Origin: an uncultured Candidatus Rokubacteria bacterium | GTDB taxonomy: Bacteria; Methylomirabilota; Methylomirabilia; Rokubacteriales; DASRDR01 | DNA length: 64,000 nucleotides | Assembly (NCBI GenBank): GCA_963805625.1 | Contig: CAWDVE010000017.1 | Location: 576,001-640,000, forward strand | Direction: 5' to 3' | Part shown: positions 58,326 through 64,000 of the stretch, piece after piece | How positions within the stretch are numbered: position 1 is the first letter of the stretch | Layout of the letters: each line of letters starts with the position of its first letter | Notes under the pieces: generated by a model | Told to the model about the DNA's origin: nothing | Databases searched by the model: none | Seen by the model: the letters and a program-made list of their open reading frames with translations, nothing else | Translations under genes and position numbers: made by a program

Positions 58326-58760
58326 CTAGCCGGAGCGGGCCTCCGGGGGTGGGTGCTTCTTGATGAAGCTGCCGGTGAACGCCACGGAGTTGGGAAAGAC
58401 CAGGATGCGGCCTGTCGGGTGCAGCGGCTCGCCAGACAGTTCTTGGAGTCGCGTGCGGACCACGCCGATCTCGATCACCTCCCCGTGCACGTAGCCGAAC
58501 GGCCCTTGAAGGCTCACGCGGTCGCCGACGCGGATGCTGTTGGGCGCCACCATCGCACCGCCGGGTCCTTGGCGAGCGTACGAAGGCGGACGAGCACCGG
58601 GCGCATGATCCCGCGCGTGGCCTGAACCTCGGCGTCCGTGCTCTGTATGATCTCGGTCGTCCGGCCCCTCAGATCCTTGAGGCTGCCGCGGCTTCGTTGC
58701 AGCGCCAGCAGATGATAGACGAGCGTCCACACGCCCGATGGCGAGCCCGCACGGGGAGAT
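58326..58760 (-). pseudogene. MscS mechanosensitive channel remnant (TM region deleted)
   Basis: IRVGDRV.....V.GEVIEIG..RT.L.E....PTGRI.VFPNS..F. Confidence 0.7.
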
Positions 58761-58860
58761 GTCACGACCGTCGACGCGGCACGCGTCGAGGGGACGACCG
58801 CTCGCCGAGCATCCGGCTCTGGCAGCATGTCGACGGGCGGGACTCGGCGTCCCGCGGCTC

Positions 58861-59361
58861 TCACGCGACGCGTCTCCGGGTGCGCTGGTGCTGGCGCGGC
58901 GCCCTGAGTCGCCGCAGCCTCGGGAAGATCTCGCGTTCGTAGAACCGGATGAAGCCTTCCTGGTTGGGTCCGATCTGGTGCACACAGACATGGTCGTAGC
59001 CCGCGCGGCTCGCCCGTCGGATCGCGGCGAGGTGACGGGAAGGGTCGGGTCCGCAGACCACGGCCTTCGCCACCTGGGGCTCCGTTATCGGCTTGAACGC
59101 CGCTTCGAAGTACTCGGGCTGGGCTATCTCGGTGAACAGCTGTCCCTCGAGGGCGGCCAGAGCCCAGACCTCGTGGGCGGTTCGTCGCGCGACTTGCTCG
59201 CTCCTGGCCCAGCAGACCGTGACTTCGACGAAGCTTGGCTTGCCGCGGCCCCCAGCCCGGCGGAACGTGCGGAGCAGCGCGGGATCGGGATCAGTGGTCA
59301 CGAAGCCGTCTCCGATCTGATCGCCCAGACGCGCCGACTTGCGACCGCTCGCCGCCACCAT
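58861..59361 (-). pseudogene. C-terminal half of an F420-dependent LLM-family oxidoreductase
   Basis: VAASG..SA.L...GDG, VCGPDP..H, AGYDHV..HQIGP.QEGF..FY; N-terminal half absent. Confidence 0.75.
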
Positions 59362-59505
59362 GATTGGCGGGGTCTTGGGCGGCAGCGTGTATGTCCCGAG
59401 CCCGGACCGGCTGCGGCGAGTCGTCCTTGCCGCCAGGCCCGCTACCGGGCCGCGCGGGCCCGGCGCTCAAGGGCGAAGTCGGCTCTCAGGCCGCTTCAGA
59501 CTACA

Positions 59506-60252
59506 TCAGCGTTCGGCTCGTGACCGATGCGCGCGGCCGCGCTCGTAGCCCGCGCGGAACGCCGGCTCCTCGGCGGCGAGACCATGCCGGTCACGCAGGA
59601 TCGAGCGCGTGGCATCCCAGAGCGGAGCCTCTCTTGGCAGACGGAACGCCGCGTCGAATCCCATGCGGTAGAGCGCTTCGTCCTTCCGAAAATCGCCACC
59701 CGCCCGCGTGTATTCGGCTTCCTCGGCATCGCGAAGACCGATCCACCATTCCTCGCGGGCGGCGTCTACGCTCTCGGCGCCCAGACGCGCCATGAACTCA
59801 CGGGCGCGGCGGGCTTGCGCTTCGTCCCCCACCATCGCCACCACGATGGTCCGTCCCATCCGCAACGCGTGACGGTAGACGTAGAGCTCGTCCACCGGCA
59901 GCCCCTTCGACAGCGTGTCGTCGAGCTGCGTTCCGACCGCGCCCCCCGCCGCGGCGCCGAGCAAGCCCAGTGCGATCGCGCCGACGGCCATAATCGGGCC
60001 CACGCCTGGCAGCGCGAGGGACGCGACGGCGAGACCTCCCGCCGTCCCGGCGGCGCCGCCCACGACGCTGCCGATCGTCCCCCCGATACCGGGAGCCTCG
60101 GCCTCGGTGGTGGGGACGGCCCGCAGCGCGCTCTCCGGCGCCTGCGGAGACAGGATGCTGACGCGACTGTTCGGGATGTCGATCTGCCGCAAGGCCTCGA
60201 CTAGCTTGAGCGCGTCGGGATACTGGCGGACGACGCCGACGACGGCCTGCAT
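59506..60252 (-). CDS. General-stress glycine-zipper membrane protein
   Basis: GGTIG..VGG..G, LPGVGPI.A.G, Y...LR.G...V; GAGGAGG RBS. Confidence 0.75.
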   Translation of the reverse strand: MQAVVGVVRQYPDALKLVEALRQIDIPNSRVSILSPQAPESALRAVPTTEAEAPGIGGTIGSVVGGAAGTAGGLAVASLALPGVGPIMAVGAIALGLLGAAAGGAVGTQLDDTLSKGLPVDELYVYRHALRMGRTIVVAMVGDEAQARRAREFMARLGAESVDAAREEWWIGLRDAEEAEYTRAGGDFRKDEALYRMGFDAAFRLPREAPLWDATRSILRDRHGLAAEEPAFRAGYERGRAHRSRAER

Positions 60253-60290
60253 GGGAGTTCCTCCTCTTCAGTGGTTTCCCCCCGCGAATT

Positions 60291-60328
60291 AGCAAGGGCA
60301 GTGCCACGTGCCGGGCACAGCCGTTGCA
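60291..60328. promoter_or_regulatory. Back-to-back divergent sigma-54 promoters
   Basis: Minus TGGCAC-TGCCC-TTGCT (60306-60291); plus GGGCAC-AGCCG-TTGCA (60313-60328). Confidence 0.75.
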
Positions 60329-60351
60329 CCGCGAGTACTCGGGAGAGCGAC

Positions 60352-60792
60352 ATGAGACGAGGACGGGTGGGACCTCGCGGACGGAGAGGCGATCGGCCTG
60401 GGCCACCCAGACGGCCGCGGCCGACGCGGGCTGGCCACGCGCCGGCCACAGAGACGCTGTCTCCGCCTCGGGACGTGCGGGTCATCCGGGGCATCTTCGC
60501 GATGTTGGCGCTTCTCCTGGGCGCGTACTGCCTGATTGCCGCCGCGACGATCCTCTATGCTCAGACCGACCCTGGACATCCGAACCCCGCGGAGCTTGCG
60601 GCCCGGGAGCGCTACCAGTGGCCTGGCTGGATCCCGGTCGCCTTCCTCGCGCTGGTGGTGCTCTACGCGGTGGGTTTCGCCGCCCGGCGTCGGGGTCGTG
60701 CCCGGCGCCGGCTGATCGTTCCGTCCACGCAGGATCCCCCGCCGATCGGCCCGCCTGAGCGCGGTCGGCACCGCGACTCGGCGTCGCGCTGA
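60352..60792 (+). CDS. Small two-TM membrane protein
   Basis: GGAGAG RBS + ATG after the sigma-54 promoter; two hydrophobic segments. Confidence 0.55.
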   Translation: MRRGRVGPRGRRGDRPGPPRRPRPTRAGHAPATETLSPPRDVRVIRGIFAMLALLLGAYCLIAAATILYAQTDPGHPNPAELAARERYQWPGWIPVAFLALVVLYAVGFAARRRGRARRRLIVPSTQDPPPIGPPERGRHRDSASR

Positions 60793-60820
60793 CGACAGCC
60801 TGTCCGCCGCCGGGAGACGC

Positions 60821-61010
60821 CTAGGCCCGGTCGGCGGACGCGAGCGTCGAGCGCTTGCGCAACAGCACAAGCGCGATGACGAACACCAGGACCATGATCG
60901 TGAGCAAGCCCGCGCCAGCGTGGCGTGGAGTTTGGGTGAACCGAAGGGATCAGCTTCGCGAACTCGGCCGTCACGACGAGGATCCGGCGCGTCGCGGCGA
61001 TCAGCCCGAC
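60821..61010 (-). pseudogene. 3' remnant of a PsiE-family membrane protein
   Basis: VGLIAATRRILVVTAEF then GLLTIMVLVFVIALVLLRKR in a shifted frame. Confidence 0.55.
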
Positions 61011-61099
61011 GTGAAGCCCCGACCGAGGCGGCTGGGGTTACCCCCGGGCCACGACTCGTGCCGTTCAGACGCTCGCCGGCAGAGAACCTGGAGCGATGG

Positions 61100-61552
61100 T
61101 CAGCGCGCGGTGGCGCTCTCCTCGTGCTTCATGGCCGCCAGCTTGCGCCCCGCTTCCTCAAGCCGGTCCTCGTCCCAGACCTTCTCGATCGTCGGCCAGA
61201 TCTCCTGCTCCTCCTTGCGGATGTGCTGCTCGAGGGCGCCTCGCAGCTTCTTCACCGTCGCCAGCCATTTGTGGTCCGCCACGTCGAGGCCGTCGATCTC
61301 CCTGATCAAGCCCTCCGCTTCCTGCACCTCGTGGTGGTGGGCGCTCTCCCAGTCCGCGAACGTTCGGTCCACCTGGACCTCACGCGCGACCGGCCCGTAG
61401 AGGTGCGTCTCCTCCATCTTTTCGTGCAGCTCGAGCTCGGGACGGAGCTTGGCCCATAGCGCGCCGCGCTGAGGGGCCGGCGCCGCCTCGATTTCCTGGA
61501 ACGCGGCCTTGGCCTTCGCGTGCTCCTCCTTCAGCAACTTGATCGCCTGCAT
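61100..61552 (-). CDS. Hemerythrin/HHE cation-binding protein
   Basis: LKEEH, LHEKMEE..LY, HHEV, HIRKEEQEIWP; AGGAGG RBS. Confidence 0.85.
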   Translation of the reverse strand: MQAIKLLKEEHAKAKAAFQEIEAAPAPQRGALWAKLRPELELHEKMEETHLYGPVAREVQVDRTFADWESAHHHEVQEAEGLIREIDGLDVADHKWLATVKKLRGALEQHIRKEEQEIWPTIEKVWDEDRLEEAGRKLAAMKHEESATAR

Positions 61553-61608
61553 CGCTTCCTCCTTCTAGTCACGCGGCGCACAGGGCCCCCGCGTGAATCG
61601 GGTCATCG

Positions 61609-62298
61609 TCAAGGCATTTGCCGGAGAGCCTGGATGCGGTCATTGGTGCCGGGATGCGTGGCGAACCAGCCGCCGCCGCCGCCGCCCGAAATGCTTGCCA
61701 GCCAGGACAGCGTGTTCTGGAGGGCCTCTTTCGACGAACCCACCCGCCGGAGGAGCGTCACGCCGTGCTTGTCCGCCGCGAGCTCCTCGTTGCGGCCGTA
61801 TGCGCGGGTGATGAGTGTCCCCGCGATGGGTGTGATGATCGCCGAGTTGGGAATCACCTGCTCCAGGATGGCTGCGCCGAGCTCGACGCCGGCCTGGAGA
61901 CGCTGCGCCTTCGCGACGTGGCCGAGATCGTTGTGCGCAAACTCATGGGCCATGATTGCGCGCAGCTGCTCGTCGTTCGCGCGATCCAGCAGACCACGTG
62001 TCACGTAGAACTCGCCGTTGCCGGCGTTGGCGGCGTTCACGCTCGGGTCGGCGAGGATGCCGATCGTGACCTGCGCCGGCGGCCGGTCAGCGGCCTTCGC
62101 GAGCGGCTCGACTACCCGACGGAGCCGCGCCGCATCTTGCACGCTGACGCGCTCCATCGCGGGGCCAGATCGGGAGCCCTGTCCCGTCTGCGAGCCCGTG
62201 CCATCGGGCAGGGGACCCAGCCCCGCGCAGCCGGCGACCAGGAGTCCCGACAACGCGACGGCGATGCGTGTCATTCGAATGGATCGCATATGCCGCAT
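61609..62298 (-). CDS. M48 family metallopeptidase lipoprotein
   Basis: VAGC lipobox; NAAN.G, AHEFAH (HExxH), E..AD..G, THP....RI; GGAGG RBS. Confidence 0.88.
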   Translation of the reverse strand: MRHMRSIRMTRIAVALSGLLVAGCAGLGPLPDGTGSQTGQGSRSGPAMERVSVQDAARLRRVVEPLAKAADRPPAQVTIGILADPSVNAANAGNGEFYVTRGLLDRANDEQLRAIMAHEFAHNDLGHVAKAQRLQAGVELGAAILEQVIPNSAIITPIAGTLITRAYGRNEELAADKHGVTLLRRVGSSKEALQNTLSWLASISGGGGGGWFATHPGTNDRIQALRQMP

Positions 62299-62537
62299 CG
62301 GTGTTCCTCCTAGCGCTTCGGGAAGTTGGGGATACCGGCGCTCCAGGCGGGCCGCGGCCCCTGGTCGGTTTGCATGATCGTCATGCCCTTGCGGACGGTC
62401 GAGGTGGCACAGCGCTGTCGACGAACCGTCCGACGACTGACTGGGACGATGGCCACCGACGTCGGCGCCTTGGCTGAACGAGCCAGACGCTTGTTGGGAG
62501 CCTGCCGTCTGTTGGAAGATGCCATGCCCAGGAGCGG

Positions 62538-62553
62538 AGCAAGGCACGTGCCA
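62538..62553 (-). promoter_or_regulatory. Sigma-54 promoter
   Basis: Minus strand TGGCAC-GTGCC-TTGCT. Confidence 0.75.
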
Positions 62554-62668
62554 CGCCCGGCCGCGAGCTATTCGCCGTAGAAGCTCACGGCGGTGCCGCC
62601 GGGCGGATCGGGCTGGCGGTCATCGAGTCGCTGACTCGACACCCTGTCACCGGAGCGGTGCGGGGCGA

Positions 62669-63300
62669 TCAGGTGTTCGAGCGGTCACCTTCCAGCACGC
62701 ACACGGCGTCGGGCTCGAGGGTTTGGGGCGCGAGGGTCTCCACGCAGAACAGATGCAGGGCATCCCGGTCGTGCGACCGGTAGCCCACCGCGAGATCGCC
62801 GCCGACAGTGAGGATGAAGTCGCCGCCGCGCATCGAGAAGAGCGCGCCGCCATCCTGCATCACAAGCGAGCGGTGGACCTCGGCGATGATGCTCTTCGTG
62901 TGCCGCGGGACCGGGTAGCCGCGGTTGGCCGCCGCAAGGTACGCGTAGTAGCGATCCGGCGACAGAACCGCCTCGTACGGGCCGGGGACGGTCAGCCGGT
63001 CAAGCGTCTCCACTCCATGGACGAGATCGGCGATCACGCGAGCCGGATCCGACCAGTCCCCGAGCCGAACGCGCGGCGACCCGGGATCCTCGAGGAAGCC
63101 TGTGCCCACGGGCTGGCCGGAGTAGGCGAGGCGGTCTTCCGCGAGCCCCACCTCGCGCGCGGCGTCCTCGGCGGTGGCCGTGTCGAGCGCCGGCCCGCCA
63201 CGCTCGAAGGCCTCGACCGCCGACCAGGGGAGACTGAAATCCGCCCGGATCTGCGCCAGGAGCGCCACCTCCGGCACGCAGACCACCGCCTTTCCCTCAC
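62669..63300 (-). pseudogene. Family 1 encapsulin (Linocin M18) shell gene lacking its N-terminus
   Basis: I.ADFSL.W..VE..ERG...LD....AAR.....EDR, GPY..VL, RGGDF.L.VG.DL.VGY..HD..L.LF..ET. Confidence 0.75.
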
Positions 63301-63885
63301 GGGTCGCGCAGGCCTTCATGGTACCGGACCAGGAACGCGCCGTCCTCGTACTGGAGCCGCAGCTCCTGGTTCTCGAGGATGCGGCCGTAGTGGTCCTCGA
63401 GGATGGGGAGGAGGACCCGATTTCGCAGCTCAGGCTTGAGCGGTTCCCAGTCGATGTCGAAGAACCGCGCGAACCGGGAGGCCGGCCCGTTCTCGAGCAC
63501 GTCTTGCCACCAGGCGTTCCGGCGCTCCGATGATGCCCATGTGGTTCGGAACGACGTCGATCAGCTGGCCCATCCCGTGCGCGCGGAGAGCCTCCGCGAG
63601 CGCCCCGTAGCCGGCCTCTCCGCCGAGGTCCTCGTTCAGCTGTCCGTGGTCGGCCACGTCGTAGCCGTGGGAGCCCGGAGCACAGGGCTGGAGGATGGGG
63701 GAAAGATAGCAGTCGGTGATCCCCAGCTCGGCCAGGTAGGGCACGAGGTCGCGAGCGCCGCCGAACGTCAGGTTCGCCCCAAGCTGAAGGCGATAGGTGG
63801 CACTCGGGATCGTCGAGCCGCGGGGCGCAGGCCCTCCAATGCTGTCAGGATGCCGCGGCGCCTCGGCCCGCCCGGCGGCCGTCAT
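63297..63885 (-). pseudogene. treY: Malto-oligosyltrehalose synthase N-terminal fragment (frameshifted, truncated at ~195 aa)
   Basis: PSATYRLQ, YLSPI, GSHGYDV.DH, DVVPNHMG; then WW.DVLENG.AS.FA.FFDIDW, VLLPIL. Confidence 0.85.
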
Positions 63886-64000
63886 GGCGCCCTCTGCGGG
63901 CCGCGGAGCCGCAGCAAGGCAAGGCTCCGCGCCTCCAGCGGGTACTGATCCCCGGCCCTGAACGCCCGCGCCCCCGGCGCCCAGTCGCGCGTGTCGAGGA
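63882..64000 (-). CDS. glgX: 3' end of a probable glycogen debranching enzyme (runs off the window)
   Basis: LDT....AGDQYPLEARSLALLR*; ATGA overlap with treY. Confidence 0.6.
   Translation of the reverse strand, partial: LDTRDWAPGARAFRAGDQYPLEARSLALLRLRGPQRAP

Overview
High-GC bacterial chromosomal segment (gene style suggests a Ca. Rokubacteria/Methylomirabilota-like soil organism; inference only). I saw no rRNA, tRNA, CRISPR array, integrase or transposase. The left half (1-31.6 kb) is metabolic: a peptide ABC transporter with an embedded PLP aminotransferase, an orphan fae, an acyl-CoA ligase, two PhyH dioxygenases, a DEAD-box helicase with a switch-like leader, a divergent transketolase, a three-domain NirK, and an SIS/AfuABC-like/NUDIX operon. 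The right half (31.6-64 kb) looks like a sigma-54-controlled stress/dormancy island with about ten correctly placed -24/-12 promoters. It holds a cytoplasmic S8 protease + ComEC/Avs1a-like MBL hydrolase pair preceded by palindromic enhancer-like repeats, lipid/envelope remodelling genes, and an 11-gene gas-vesicle operon. That operon lacks gvpN/gvpO/gvpC but embeds a PAS histidine kinase, a response regulator and a tandem ArsA/Get3-family ATPase. About 11 gene remnants, mostly 3' ends, are scattered through the window. The best candidates for an undescribed system are the Get3/ArsA + two-component gas-vesicle operon, the S8-MBL pair and the sigma-54 regulon linking them.
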